DNA of 55,586 bases, filler included, from Catajapyx aquilonaris (taxonomy: Eukaryota), in assembly GCA_000934665.2 (NCBI GenBank). It is 2 parts of 2 records of this genome, joined end to end, with 100 filler letters (N's around TTAATTAATTAA, not from the genome) between each part and the next. Parts side by side here need not be neighbours in the genome. Positions count along the whole stretch, not along the records: positions 1 to 27,816 come from KZ539269.1; 1 more part is not named here. One strand, given 5' to 3'. Position 1 is the first letter of the stretch. The number at the start of each line of letters is the position of its first letter. The notes under the pieces were generated by a model. The model had not been told where the DNA came from. It saw only the letters and a list, made by a program, of their open reading frames with translations, and did no database searches. Position numbers and translations under genes: made by a program. Below are positions 1 to 12,976 of this stretch, one piece after another.

Positions 1-101
1 AGGGGGGGGGGGTCCAGGAGATCGTTACGGTCCCGTTACAGAGGGGGGGGAGGGGGTCAAAAATGGCCAAAAATATCGTTACGTAATATGTGGACGTCCC
101 C
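1..101. mobile_element. Right end of a PIF/Harbinger-like MITE, truncated by the window start
   Basis: Ends ...ACGTAATATGTGGACGTCCCC followed by TTA, resembling a Harbinger-type terminus with a TWA target; the left end is not visible. Confidence 0.45.
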
Positions 102-187
102 TTACTTGTCTGGGCATCGGCCGATTCACCTTGGAGCGGCATAGAAAAATGTATAATTAACCCCCAAGATGAAATTCACTGGATTTT

Positions 188-499
188 ATGTATCATAATA
201 TAGTTGTTGTACATTTGAGGTACCGGCTGGTTTGCCAGCGACGGTACTCTCTTACTCGAGCGGTCCTCGGACCTGACTCGCATTTCTTGGTTGGACGGGG
301 TGCTTGGGAGAATATCCCACACCCGTCCTGGGTTGGACCCGGCATTGCAGTACAGCCGCGTCCAGTCCTCCTCTCCCCCACCCTTCTCCCCCACCCCTGC
401 CCTGCAATCCCACACCTTCCTCTCCTACCCCCGGCTGCCAAGGCTCGACTCAGACAGAGCCATACAAGCTGGGTAACCCTTCCTACCAACCAACCAACC
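188..499 (+). mobile_element. 5'-truncated non-LTR retroelement (LINE/SINE 3' end) with (CCAA)n tail
   Basis: Exact 16-bp direct repeat AAATTCACTGGATTTT at 172-187 and 500-515 (TSD) flanks a segment ending in ACCAACCAACCAACCA. Confidence 0.75.
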
Positions 500-655
500 A
501 AATTCACTGGATTTTGCTAAGTACTTGAATCACCAAAATTTCAAAATAATTTGAAACAACAATTTTCGAGATATTTGGCCTTGAAATCCGCAAGTTGCAG
601 AATTTCCCCAATCTCGGACCTAAAAACCAGACAGGAGTGGCGGGCGGGGGGGGGN

Positions 656-687
<32 letters not shown>

Positions 688-951
688 ATAAGGTTATGCC
701 TACGGGCGGCAAAAGGCTAAATACGTCACTGGTACCATTTATACCAATAACGTAAGATGCTTTTTGTGGGAAGCATCGTTCTGACGAATTCAGTGTTTTT
801 CCATTGACTGCATATGGTTTGTCTTGCTTCCCCAAAAATGCTACTTTGGTGGCATTTTTACTTTCCTTTCTTCTAATCAAAGTATGTAAAAAAATTCATT
901 CCTGCTTTTTAGACACAAAACCAGTTTATCACACCTAGAAAGAAATAGAAC

Positions 952-2195
952 AATTGAATAATGTAATTGGAAAACAACCGACGGACACCACTCTAAAAAT
1001 GACTTGGCACTTATGCACTTATTGCTCTGAGCCATGCTGTACGCCAAACGGAGCATTGCAGGTGCACAAAATTCGGGCGGTAGGTGCACTTGGCGAATCC
1101 ATGACAATACAAGGTGTCACAAAACACATACCACTGACAAGTGAGGAATGGGAGTGCTATCTTTCCTCTGGGAACCTCTGTGAAATAAGCTTGTTTTCCT
1201 ATTACATTGCGAGTTCGAGGCCACATTGACCCCTCTGCAGGTCACAGTGATTGTCGCACTTGGACGGATTATACGTACTTCGGGCAGATCTGTGTACACC
1301 ACATGCACGTCTATGTACACAGTAGGTTGGCGAGGCCATTAGCAACATGTAGAAGCATATAGTCTTCATCATAAACCGGAGAGGGGTTAGATAAACCAGT
1401 GCCGCATTTGACTCGATCATGCTATCTGGTTCATGTCACTGGGAATAGGTTCACATTCGCCACAAGAAAAATACCATCTTGGTTTGATCCAGGTGCGACA
1501 ATCACTGTGACCTGCACAGGGGTCAACATGGCCTCGAACTCGCAATGCAATTGGAAAATATGCTTTTTTTTGTTTGTTGTTTTTTTTTACGTTACCCCGT
1601 GCTAGGGCCATAGGCCCTTATAGGGGGGTGGAATACCACCATTTTTCCTTCAATTTTCTGATTTTTTTCTTCTAACTCCAGTGCAAGGATGAAAGGACAT
1701 GAGGTAAGGATATAGGGATTTTTGGGAAGGGAACATTGGTGCAAGTGCAATGTCTGTAAAGGGGTCATGTGCTGTTCCCCAGGAGGTTAGGTTGCCAGAC
1801 ACCTCCTTGGTGCAGGTCAGAGACCCTCCTGACGCAGGTGAAAGGAAAGTTCCCCAGGCGGGGATCGAACCTGGGGCCTTTCACTCAGCAAGCCGAGACG
1901 TTACCATCTCGGCCATCTGCACCTCCCCGAATATATGCTTATTTCACAGGGGTGTCCAGAGGGTGGTGGGGGTCAAAGACACCGCTCCCATTCCTCACTC
2001 GTCAGTGGTACATTGGTTTCATAACACCTTGTACCGTCATGGATTCGCCAGGTGCACCTACCACCCGAATTTCGTGCGCCTGCGATGCACCGTTTGGCGT
2101 ACAGCGAGGCTCACAAGAGCAACAAGTGCATATTGCATAAGTGCCAAGTCATTTTAGAGTGGACATCACTTGTTTTCCAATTACATGGTTCAATT
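952..2195. mobile_element. Large diverged foldback/TIR element with a SINE inserted in its right arm
   Basis: ~961-1190 is the reverse complement of ~1935-2187 and ~1195-1263 is the reverse complement of ~1488-1560, with many mismatches. Confidence 0.75.
1566..1929 (-). mobile_element. tRNA-derived SINE, family 1
   Basis: On the minus strand: GGGGAGG head, A-box TGGCCGAGATGG, B-box GGTTCGATCC, A-rich tail, ATATGCTT flanking repeat (1558-1565, 1933-1940). Homologous copy at 48471-48813. Confidence 0.85.
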
Positions 2196-3749
2196 AAAAT
2201 ATTATACCCTTCTTTGGTCCATAGCATTTGTAAGAATCTGAAATGATGCATCACCAGAACTACCTTCCCCAAATCCCTGGGTTAATGTGCACGCCCCAGT
2301 TCGCAAGTCATTGCAGTGTAACTCATATGAAACAGCGTTTACCAATGCTTGGCTACCATGTTATTTATCTTGAGTTTGGGACCGAAATCCCACCTAATCA
2401 AGGGGTTTATGAAACTCTGGATTGGATTTGGTTTTCCCAAACTTATGCTGGCACAACACTTTTAAGGTTTCAGAAGCCAAAACCTGGCATTTTTGAGCAA
2501 AGAGGGCGTAACAGACCAATTAAAGTTAATGTAGCAGCCCACACCTCTCTTGAGCCACCACCACAAAGAATAAATACAATACGGGTCTGGTTTAACAACC
2601 ACTCAGGAAGTACGTTAGGGACAACTAGACAGGGCGTCCGATTCAGAACTCACATTCCCCTAAACATCCCCTAACAACATCAGTAGTATGGGAACCCAGG
2701 CAACAGACCAGAGTGGAAATCAACCCATGAAAGCTCGATGAGAAGAGTCGGCACCGGATTTGAACTAGCTACACGAGCTGCACCATTCAGCTACACACCC
2801 AAACCCACCTCCGGTCTAGCGGTCTTGGACGATAGAGATAAGCTAAACCTGTGAGCTAAACTACAGGCACAGTCTGTCATACAGTCTGCTTCGGTCTCGG
2901 TCTTCTCGGTTCTCGGCACAGGTTCTCGGTCCTTGCCCGCGCGCCACCAACGTTCATTTCCGGAACTACTCGCGAGCAAGGCGCGGGACTGTTTGAACGG
3001 ATGATTTAGTGTTGCACTATGAGATTATTATGTATTTTTTTAATTGCACCGGCGCCTGCCATACATGTGTGGCTGGCGCCGGTGACAGTGAGGGCAACAT
3101 GCCCGCTACTCCCTGTATATCATATGGAGTTCAACCTTCCCTTTTGAGACAGTAGCTTCCCTCGAGACTTTAAAATGTCCAAATGTGAATGTGTCAAATA
3201 TTGATGCATATTCATGTCTACCGATCGGTCATTTCCTCGTTTACATCAGTTCTGTACTGGTTGGGTTGGGTTGGGTTGTCAAATATGGGTTTGCTTGTAA
3301 CTCTCGATTTTCAGAAGAAACTAAATAAGCGGAAATGGATTCTTGTGGCACAAGATTTTTTGTTTAAACTTTATCAAATTTTGAAAAATCAAATGTCATT
3401 TGATTACGATTTAAGGGGCCCTGCTTTTGTCCTTCGTCCAGCGCTACCTCAAGAAGGGCTTGAAAATTGAGCTTTTTTGGGGCCTGTCCAAAAATAATTA
3501 TGGGTCATTTTAAAATGTACTTGCAGATGTCAACGTTTACGGAAGTATCGTAATTTTATTTAGTAACAGTCACAACTATTACATGTTGTGGATGTGTAAG
3601 GTTTAAAGTGAAGCAAAAAAGGTGAAAGCTGAGCTAAATAATACTTATGCAGAATAAAGGACCTTTAAGAATGAATGTCAGTCTTTAAAAAATTAATTCC
3701 TGTTACTGGCAGTGGTAATATCAGTAGAGGTTACCTCCATTATGTAAAA

Positions 3750-3961
3750 CTAGCTGCGGCACCCGGGTGGGGAACCGGGTGGGAAGGACGGAAGAGGTGA
3801 GGTGGGAGATGTTTGGGGTGGACAACAGATGGCAGGATGGTAGGTTTACAGGCTATATACAGGCTACAGGCGGGAGAGGCTGTAGGTGTTGGAGTACGAC
3901 CATAGAATGCATTGGTGGGCGGACAGACTGGCAGACTCACAAACGGCTTTATTTATATAGA
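3750..3961 (-). mobile_element. Short non-autonomous Helitron
   Basis: Minus strand starts A|TCTATATAAATAAAG, ends with a CCCGG...CCGGG hairpin then GCAGCTAG|T: TC...CTAG termini, A/T insertion site, no TSD. Confidence 0.8.
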
Positions 3962-4377
3962 TATGTATTTTGAAGGGAGGTGTCTGACAGGTACTGCACC
4001 AAATATATTCTTGTGAGGTATACGTACATTAAACCATAGTGATAGTGATAGAGATCAATGTGGAGTGACCCTTTGGTCAGAAGTATAGGCCTACATCATT
4101 TTCATTCTGAGTAAAACACATTGTTATACAGTGTACTGCATCATTACGTATATGATTATGCTGCTGTAGGCCTATGCAATGTCAGTGAAACATGTTTATA
4201 CCGCAGTAGCTCTGTTCCGAATTTTCCGTACTGTACTGAACCTCTTGACTGAACACTGAACAGGTATCCATTATGTGAGGCAGAATTAATGCACTGAAAC
4301 TCCTGCGCTGAGACAAACTGAAAGTTTCGCAATTGACAAGCTTCCGCTTCACACAAGCTTCACACAAGCACAAGCTT

Positions 4378-4780
4378 CCGGGTTCACACTAGGCGTTTTT
4401 GTCGCCTGCGACTTTGTTGCCGCGTTTTCGTCGCTGACGCCTCACGAGGTTCACACTAGGCGTTTTTGTCGCGCGTTTTGCTTCCCCTACTGATGCAACC
4501 CGAGCAGCGTTGCCAACCTGACCTTTAGCAACTACCGTTCCACAATAGTCAAAATTAAACACTTTTCACGCGACTTTGTCGCCAGGTGTGTCTGCCCCAA
4601 CTGATTACCATGTGTTCAGTTTTCAGCGACTTTGTCGCGGCGTTTTTGTAGCGGCAGCAAAAACGCAGCATGCTGCGTTTTGCGACGACCAAGCAGGAAA
4701 GAAGTCGTGGTGTGTCATGCCTCATAAGTTTGCATGTGTTCTGTTTTGAGCGACTTGTCGCGGCGTTTTTGTCGCGCGAC
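4378..4780. repeat. MITE-like remnant with internal GCGTTTTTGTCGC / GCGACTTTGTCGC repeats
   Basis: GGTTCACACTAGGCGTTTTTGTCGC occurs twice (4381, 4448) with further degenerate copies to ~4780. Confidence 0.5.
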
Positions 4781-6171
4781 TCTGAAAGCAGGGTCCATTA
4801 TAGTCACAGATTTCACACAATTTATATACGGAACAAGGCCTACGAAAAATGTTATAGCCTACAGTATAAAAGAAGTTGTTCTGCTGACGCGTAGACTCTC
4901 AGCTACAGGTAACTGTAAGTTCGATCACTTTAAATAAAATTCCGATCCTATGTATTTGCATCTAACATGCAGTACTGTAGCTTACTGTGCAATACATGTG
5001 ATGTATTTTAATATATAGTGCCACAAGCCTACTACACTAACTAAACATTATATTTCCCTTTGACCTTTCAGTACAGGCTATATAATAGCCGGTGCCGTTT
5101 ACCTAATCCTCGTCTGAGTATCCATCAACCTCAAATTCGATTCGAATTTAGCCGAATTTTACAGACCAAATGTTGCACGACACGACTGGGAAATGAGTTT
5201 ACGTATCCGATTCACATAATTATAGCGAATTGCAATGCAAGCAATATCGATGGCTACTCACTTAACCATAGCACCATGAACCCTATATATCTCTCTGCTT
5301 TCATTGCTCTGTTTCTTATTGTTCCATCAGCAGGGCGACGATGACAGTCCATGTCGTCTCTGACAATCCAGACAGCCTCTGTCGTCGACATATTCCAGTC
5401 AAAAGATGAAGAGTTGAATCAGACTGGAAGGAGGGGAGAAATGTAAGAGAGTCGACCGGAAAAGATAGAAAAGAATGCTAGCTGGCACTTTCTGGGAGGC
5501 AGGGTGAAAAGGAAGGGCAACAGCCTTAGTGCCCGGAAAATTCGTTTCCTCATCTGGGGAAACTGACATATAGAGCTACAGGTACTATTTCAAATTGTGA
5601 CATATGAACAGCTATTTCAGTGCCACTCAACTGAGACTTGCAAATTGCAATGACCGGTCTGATTGATTAGGCTACTTGTCCATGACGCCAATGATGACAA
5701 GCACGCCACGGTGCAAGTGATGCGTACCTATTTAGTTGAGAGGGAGTGTTCGCTAATGAATGGTGGGTAATTTACCAGATAGCCTATATTTAATAGACGT
5801 AACCAAAAGTTAGCTCCAGGATTGGCGTCCCGACACTTCCGCCCTAGATAAGTGAACTCCAATGTAAACACTCCAAAAAGAAAGGGCGGTAATCCCCCAT
5901 CTCTACGATTGCGACATTAGGTGCTAACGGGTGACCCCATGGGGTTAGGGGGGACAAAGGAAAATATGGGCAATGGCCATGACGTCCGTGCAGGTGAGCG
6001 TTGCCCTTGGAATTGAAAATGTACGCAGATACAGTTTGTTTCAGTATATATATATTTTGGCGTGGATGACAGGCGCGTGCGTGGTGAACAAATGGCGCCA
6101 ATCACGTTGGCATACAAGTCTGACAGACACCAGTTGGAGGGCTGAGTTGGACAGAGAACGACGCTATACTG

Positions 6172-6416
6172 ATGATGGGCTCCGATGAAGAATGTGCCGA
6201 CGGCAAACGCTTCGCGTCGCCCAAGAGATTTTCGTTGGTGAGTTGGCCATGGACACTTGAGAGAAGTAGCTTGTTATTGACTTTGCTTTTGTTTCTTATA
6301 GGCGGCGGTGGCGGCAATTACGGCAAAGTTGAGATGTGGGGTTAGCGTCTTGTGCGGGCTTAGCGTCGTGGGCGTCCTTCTGCTTCTTGGGGTCGTCACG
6401 TTGCAGCTCAGCCTAG
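6172..6416 (+). CDS. Putative first two coding exons (6172-6237, 6302-6416) of the LGR receptor, encoding an N-terminal hydrophobic signal or anchor
   Basis: ATG follows an in-frame stop at 6121. A 64-nt intron GTGAGT...TTTCTTATAG is in phase 0 and the donor G|GTAAAG is in phase 1. Translation: MMGSDEECADGKRFASPKRFSL-AAVAAITAKLRCGVSVLCGLSVVGVLLLLGVVTLQLSL. Linkage to the LDLa exon is inferred. Confidence 0.55.
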
Positions 6417-7950
6417 GTAAAGAGAGATTGTTTACATGCCATTGTTTATGAACATTTTGGTGCCACTTGTTGCAATCTCAGTCAAGTCACTGACCTGCAT
6501 GTTACACTAGCAATTGCCCTAAGAACCCCGTGAGCTACACTGAGATGGTTTATTGATAGACAGGCAATTAAAGGCTTATAGGCTATCTCTCGAACTGAGA
6601 ATCCGGAAACTTCGTAATCTGTTTCGGACTTGGCGGCATGCCTTTAAGCCTAATTCCGCCGAATCTATCGCAGGTGCCTCCTTGATCTTCTCGCTGAGTC
6701 TGGGAATGCCTTGTGGCTAACCTCTTTCCTCTGAAAACTACACACAAAAACGGGATCTGCAGGGATCCGCGCTGAGTTAAAGGCTGCTGGTAAATATCGT
6801 TTATTTTCAGCGTATTGCTGTTAAAGCGATATTTTCCCAAGTCAGAAATGCCTCCAGAAACAAACGCAAATATCGTGACTGATTGCAATCAATGGCAGGA
6901 GCTACAGAAACAGCTGAGAAATACTCTCGTGGCCGTTAACCCTTTCCGGACTAGCAACGAAGGCTCGGAGTTGGTAGAGAAATCATTATTACAGGCCTTT
7001 GGCGCCAACAAAAATATGGGTTTTATTTTTAGCTCAAAAAGGCGTTGATCCTGAAGTCTATTATATCAAGACGTCCACCTTCTCTCTAGGGAAATTAGGT
7101 GGACGGAATTGTCGCAGATGACGAATCTCAAGCATGTCATACGGGCCGATGACACTTTTTCTTTATTTAACTTAGCAAAAATGAAGCAATATTATTTCTC
7201 CCTGGAGAAAGGAAAACTTTCTCAAGACGTTCCAACTTCGCAGTATTCGTTGGTGGCATCCTATACATATTTCATGAGCGGTATTGATGGCATAACATCA
7301 GCTCTTTTGTCCTGATATGGAATCAAATATTTTTCTTACAAATGAGCTGAAAGATCCAAACGTGCCCTGATAGCATGCAAGAAGATAAATCGACTCTGAT
7401 ATTTATAATAACGATTAGCCTACTTCTTTTCTTACATCCCTTTTATATTCTCAAACTAAAATACGCTACATAATTTATGGATGTGAGTAAATACCCCATG
7501 CGACGGTTTTGTAATAAGGTTTGGTTTTTAAACACTAGCATAAGAAATATTATGAAGATACACTCATACACAACCCGTTTACCACAGTTAATGAACAGGT
7601 GGTATAACTTGAAGGATATTGGAGGGCGGCGGGGGGGGGGGGGNGGGGTTGTAGTGGTTTGTCGAGTTTTATCCCCGGGTCGGACAGAGGATTTGCTCGT
7701 GTAGAAAGCGCTAATACGTTATCCCTGGTGTTCCCGTGTGATTTCCCGTTTTCGCCCACAATCAAAGTGTAACAGAAACTCAGATAATGAATATGAAAGA
7801 TGGATATTGAATAGGGGAGTACTGTACTTATAATAAAAACTTAGTTACTCCCGTACGGATTAATATAAATCCCCGCAGTTAAATAGTTTAAAACCATATA
7901 ATTCGATACTTACAAACATATCTAAATGATTTAAGTTTTGACATGCTACT

Positions 7951-8077
7951 GGCCGGTTTCACCAAGCCCGGTTTTCATGAAAACCCCGGTTCTTTCGGAA
8001 AACTCCTATTCTATTTGCAGTGATCTCCCGAAAGAACCGGGTTTTTTTATGAAAACCGGGCTTGGTGAAACCTGCCA
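7951..8077. mobile_element. Small Harbinger-like MITE nested in the mariner left TIR
   Basis: ~48-bp inverted arms GGCCGGTTTCACCAAGCCCGGTTTTCAT... / ...ATGAAAACCGGGCTTGGTGAAACCTGCC. Confidence 0.75.
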
Positions 8078-8114
8078 TTAGAAATGTCTCAAGTTTTGGT
8101 ATTATCATAGTTTG

Positions 8115-8473
8115 AAAGGGAGGCGGAGTGGTGCTGCGGTAACGTACGCGCCCACGGATGTCAAGGTCCCGGGTTCGATCCCAGCCCGGGGACACCCCCT
8201 TCATCTCGTGCAGAGTTCAGGGTCACCTCTGGCTTCGTCTCGGGTGGTATATCCACAGACTAAACCACCCGGGGGAGTTCACTAAAAATGGCCACATTAA
8301 GACATTGCACTGCACCTTGCACATCCCCTCCTGTCATCCTGCCCGTGGGCCCGGGCGATTCGCTCAAGGTTCCAGCATTGTACTGCATTGTACTTCCAAG
8401 TATAATAAAGGTCCGTGCCGCATACCCTATATAGGGTCAGGCACTACCCAAGGATTATTAGGATTAGGATTAT
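8115..8473 (+). mobile_element. tRNA-derived SINE, family 2, full length
   Basis: A-box-like GTGGTGCTGCGG, B-box GGTTCGATCCC, (GGATTA/ATT)n tail and an exact 15-bp TSD TATTATCATAGTTTG at 8100-8114 and 8474-8488. Confidence 0.88.
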
Positions 8474-11099
8474 TATTATCATAGTTTGTTCCGATATGAG
8501 CTCCATTTGTCGCTCTGAAAATAGGGTAATCGGTGTCGTGCCAAACCCGCTCAGGCATGTCTGGGGTCACTCTTGTGATACTATCCCATAGGCGCTGGAG
8601 GTGCCGAATCTTTTTACCATAGGCTACATGTATCGTCACAAAAAAGAAGTCCATCGGAGTAAGATCTGGGCTTCTGGGGAGGCTATAGGCATGGAGGAAC
8701 TTCTCATTCACGATTTCGCACACTGGGAGGCTGAATAAATGGAACTTTTATATGGGTGGCTTGTTTCATGGATGAGGCGGCTTTTTAAAAATTTGAATCA
8801 TCGATATAACAATGTGTGTGGTGTAATGATACGAAATATCCAGCACCTACGGGATAGGATTGCAATGGTAACTCCAGATATGATTGAGCTGGTTGGGCAT
8901 GATACCTAATACTGTCTTTTTTATTTACCAATCGACAAATGGAGCTCATATCGAAACACACTAAGTTGAGGCCAAAACTGTAGACATTTCTTGGCATTTC
9001 AAAATTTAAATCATTTAGATACGTTATGTCTGCAAGTTTTCGAGTTATATAGGGTTTTAAAATCTGCGCATTCTTTTTCGATCACCCTGTATTATTGATC
9101 TCAACGTTGGCAAGAATATTACACTTTATAAAATGATGATTTTTTGTGCTTCAAAACAGCTGATTATGTTACGGAGTGCTCCAATTGAAAATAATGTCCG
9201 TTTTAGTTAGCGTTTTTTTGTCTCTAGGCTGGTTATTTTGAAGCAGTTACCTTTGAATAGTGACTTTTTGTTGCTGCAAAATTATTATCTGCTAATATTA
9301 GGGGGAATTGCATCATCCAGGCTTTGAATTTTAATGACTTTCCGATTGGGAATGGCCCATTGGAACAATAGGAACATAACGCAAATGATGGAATCAAATT
9401 TTTTTGCAGGATAACCCTTTGCAAACGCAATTTAACATTACCAAACTAATACTTTTGATAACCAATGAAAGTAGCTATTCACAAGTCACTGCTTAAAATA
9501 AGCTGCTTAGTGCCAAAAATAGCTACGGCAAAAATAAAATGGGCATTTAATTTGGAACTTGGAACACCCTGTGTATGATCACATAGGCCTACTCTTTTGT
9601 ATCATTACCAGTCAGTTTTTTTGTTCCGTTGCCGAAGTATAACCCGATGCGCAAGGAATTTGATAAAAGAACTCGCTACTTTGAAGTCTGAACCGTTATG
9701 GTATGTTTCCTAGGATCCTATTAGGCGTAGTCAAATTTCGACCTTGCTATAAAAAGGTTTTAGTTGCAGATGACCTTTAATCAGCAGTACCAAGTTTTAA
9801 AATCCTGTCATATACACTTTACAAAATATTGCAAAATTAAGACCCAATGGAGGAGTAATTGTGCGGCAACATCTAAGGACTTTACAAGGTACTGCCATTA
9901 ATAGCAGGCCTATTATTATTAATCATCATTACGACCATGGTTGTTTGCGGACCTTTCGTCTCGTACTCGTTCCGTTAATGATAAACGGACGAAATCCGTA
10001 TAATATTTTAACAGATTTCTACGTTTTTTTGACTAGGGACATTGTAACAGTGTGTATAGCCTATATTACAGATTACACTTTTGTTCTGTCTTCTGCGTAC
10101 GCAGTCATGATCCAGCTAGGGACAGCGCGTTGGGGGGGCGACCGCCCCGGGCTTCGCGCCCGAGGGGTCATCTCAGGTTTGTAACTTGTGTATGCCTACC
10201 TTTTTTTAGAGGTAGGCTATACGATTGTTATAAAATTAATGTGTATTTTCGACGTCAATTAACAAGAACTAACAAATAAATTTCGAGTTTCCAACTGCTA
10301 AAATGATGCGGGCCCCCTACAAGTTCATATGATCAGAAAATGACATCCAATTTATATAAAGTCGCGCGGGGGCTCTTTTAGTAAAGGTTTACGCATAAGC
10401 TTCTGCATAATGTGGAATTGTCATTGTGGCCCTATCCCCTATGGCCTATGAGCAATGGTTGGTCCTCCGAGTCAAAGACGAAGTCCCCCTCTCTGCTGTC
10501 TCTGGGCGCCGAAATTTGCAGGGGCCCCGCTCAGACTGTTTGTGTCTTTGATTTTCGCTAACGCAGCTGTCTCCTGTAGCCTACTATTAATTTTTTTAAA
10601 TTGGACCCTGTGTTTGACCGCAAATATCTCACGAAAGAAAAATCCAAAATACTCGTATTCATGCAAAATGTAATTGGAGACCTTTAAATACGTCGTGTAA
10701 GGGTGTAACATATCCCAAAATGGCTACATTCGCTATAATTCGCTATTTTTATCGGAGAGCAAACAAGTGTCAATTTTTAATGCCCCTGCGAGATAAAGAC
10801 TAATAGTTGAGAATATTTTTGGATAAGTTAATGTTCAATCAAAAAATTGCATTTTAAACAACCGGCGGTTCCAACATTTTCAGGTCGGCCTCTGGCTTTA
10901 TAATCGCGTTATTTATGATCATGTAATAATATTGTAATATTAAGACAAGAAAAAGCCAGGTATCTTGTCTATTTGCGGTGCAAAAAAAAAAAAAACGTCG
11001 ATTTCAATGTCAGACCCATGGGAATTACTTCCAGCACGATAATTAAGTTACGTACTTCACGTAAATTTCTGGCCCGACCCATAGATGGGTCAGTGAGGT

Positions 11100-11133
11100 G
11101 CATGGTCTAATCTAGATCTAGATTAGACCATGC
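11100..11133. repeat. Perfect 34-bp palindrome
   Basis: GCATGGTCTAATCTAGATCTAGATTAGACCATGC is self-complementary. Confidence 0.85.
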
Positions 11134-12185
11134 AGCCCATCAATAAATTCCCTCAGTCGTTTGCAATTATTTACAATACAGTGCATTAATTCGCATCGTC
11201 TTCACTCTTGCCTCCTCTACCAGCTTCCCATTTTTTGACTTCCTTTTCCACCTCAAATAAACGAGATAACTGGGATTTGGTTCTGTATTAATTACAATTA
11301 AACGATCATAAATAAGTGGATTGCAAAGCAATAGGCCGCCGCGAAAATGTTGGAACCTTTCTTTTGCTTGTCCACTTACAGTGGCGTAGGCACGGGGGGG
11401 GGGGGGGGGGGCNNNNNNNNNNNNNNNNNNNNNNNNNNNNNNNNNNNNNNNNNNNNNNNNNNNNNNNNNNNNNNNNNNNNNNNNNNNNNNNNNNNNNNNN
11501 NNNNNNNNNNNNNCCCCCCCCCCTCCAATTAGCTCCCGCGGCGGGCTTGTTCACCGGTCTTTACGCCACTGAATTTTTGCCACCTCGATTGAAGGGGCCC
11601 CGCCCATGACTTTCGCTCCGGGCCCCGCGACCCTTGCCGCGACCCCTACGCGCCGTCCCTGGATCCAACCATGTTTTTTTTTAACCTTTACCCGTCCAAG
11701 CCCATACCAACAGCCCCAAATAAATACCAGTCTTCACAACCTCGTCCACCTTCATCATCTCCGCACGTCCAAACCACCAAAAATATTTTGTAAATACTAT
11801 GCAGATTCTTTATATTCTCATTCACACCACACCTCCACAAGGTTTAGGGATATGGTATATGTCATACGCTGACCAGAGGGTCTACATGAGCACGGCCATC
11901 TCTGAATTTGCTGTTGCCGATTAGCTCTTATTTGTAGCGAAAATGTTATATCCTGAGGCATCAGAAAATCATTTCCGAAGTAAATTGGTCTGGGAAAGGG
12001 ATTTATAAAATTTGATAGGTAATGAAAGTCAGTTTGACACTGATAACCAACCGACGCCATCATTCAGACTCATTCCCTCAAACTTATATACCAGTTCCAT
12101 TAATATCGCTCTCTCATTTGATGCCATTTCTCAAGTTCTGGGATTCGTGGGCATATGTATAATCCAGAGATGTGGCTGTGATCTT

Positions 12186-12976
12186 ACAAGGGAAGGTCAC
12201 AGGGTGATAATGACGGATCTTGATGAAATTTAACATGCTAATACAGGACAATATAATTATTATACCCAAAAATGAAATATTTCATGCGGAGGCCCATATT
12301 TGCAAAAGTTATGACGTCTTAAAGTTTTTAAAAAAACACGTTTTCATTGAGTTCATGATGTGATTACATTAGCGACCACATATAAGACCACATTGAAGTG
12401 TGTAATCAGTTTCTACCGGTTTCTACACTTTGTCTCATCGGAAAAAAGTCCTACATAACGGCTCTGTACCGTATCTCTTACGCTTAAAGGCCCATTCACA
12501 CAGGCCGTCGACGGTTTTGGTTTTGGTTTTGGTTTTGGACCAATCAGAGCGGGCCCTCACGGTAACCATGACGCGTTGTTTACGTGAGGGCCCGTTCTGA
12601 TTGGTCCGCGGCGTCGACGAGACCAAAAACCAAAACCGTCGATGGCCTGTGTGAATGGGCCTTTAGGCCTTGATACCTGTCCACAGACGGACCACGGACG
12701 GAAGGACAGAGCCGTTCTGTAGGACTTTTTTCCGATGAGAAAAAGTGTAGAAACTGATTACACACTTCAATGTCATTATATGTGGTCGCTAATGTAATCC
12801 CATTATGAATGAAAATGTATTATTCTTGGAACTTTAAGACGTCATAACTTTTTCAAATATGGGCCTCCGCACGAAATATTACATTTTTGGGTGCCATATA
12901 TTGCCCTGTATTAGCATCGATTAACATGTTAAATTTCATCAAGATCCGTCATTATCACCCCGTGACCTTCCCTTGT
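12186..12976. mobile_element. Foldback MITE with ~270-bp inverted arms
   Basis: ACAAGGGAAGGTCACAGGGTGATAATGACGGATCTTGATG... pairs with ...CATCAAGATCCGTCATTATCACCCCGTGACCTTCCCTTGT; pairing continues inward to ~12460/12715. Confidence 0.85.
12488..12662. mobile_element. Harbinger-like MITE nested in the foldback loop
   Basis: AGGCCCATTCACACAGGCC...GGCCTGTGTGAATGGGCCT TIRs flanked by TAA/TTA. Confidence 0.75.

Larger units (their letters stand above)
7854..9089 (-). mobile_element. Degenerate, internally deleted Tc1/mariner transposon
   Basis: ORF 8427-8723(-) has PRSPDLTPMDFFF...TPDMPERVW...NGAHI (transposase C-terminus, SPDL motif). Right terminus CACCCTG-TA at 9083-9091; ~7890-7947 is a diverged reverse complement of ~8995-9062. 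Confidence 0.75.

Noticed and set aside
1855..1929. tRNA-like sequences (also 8118-8190 and 48471-48545)
   Set aside because: A/B boxes are present, but each continues into a shared repeat body and tail, and a clean cloverleaf was not found; they are SINE heads, not tRNA genes.
2243..3010. 143-aa ORF and LTR-like composition
   Set aside because: No recognisable domain, and no matching TG...CA termini with a TSD could be identified.
6583..7400. Run of protein-like short ORFs in the putative LGR intron
   Set aside because: Stops interrupt the frames and no family motif was recognised; it could be a decayed TE or pseudogene but this is unsupported without a search.
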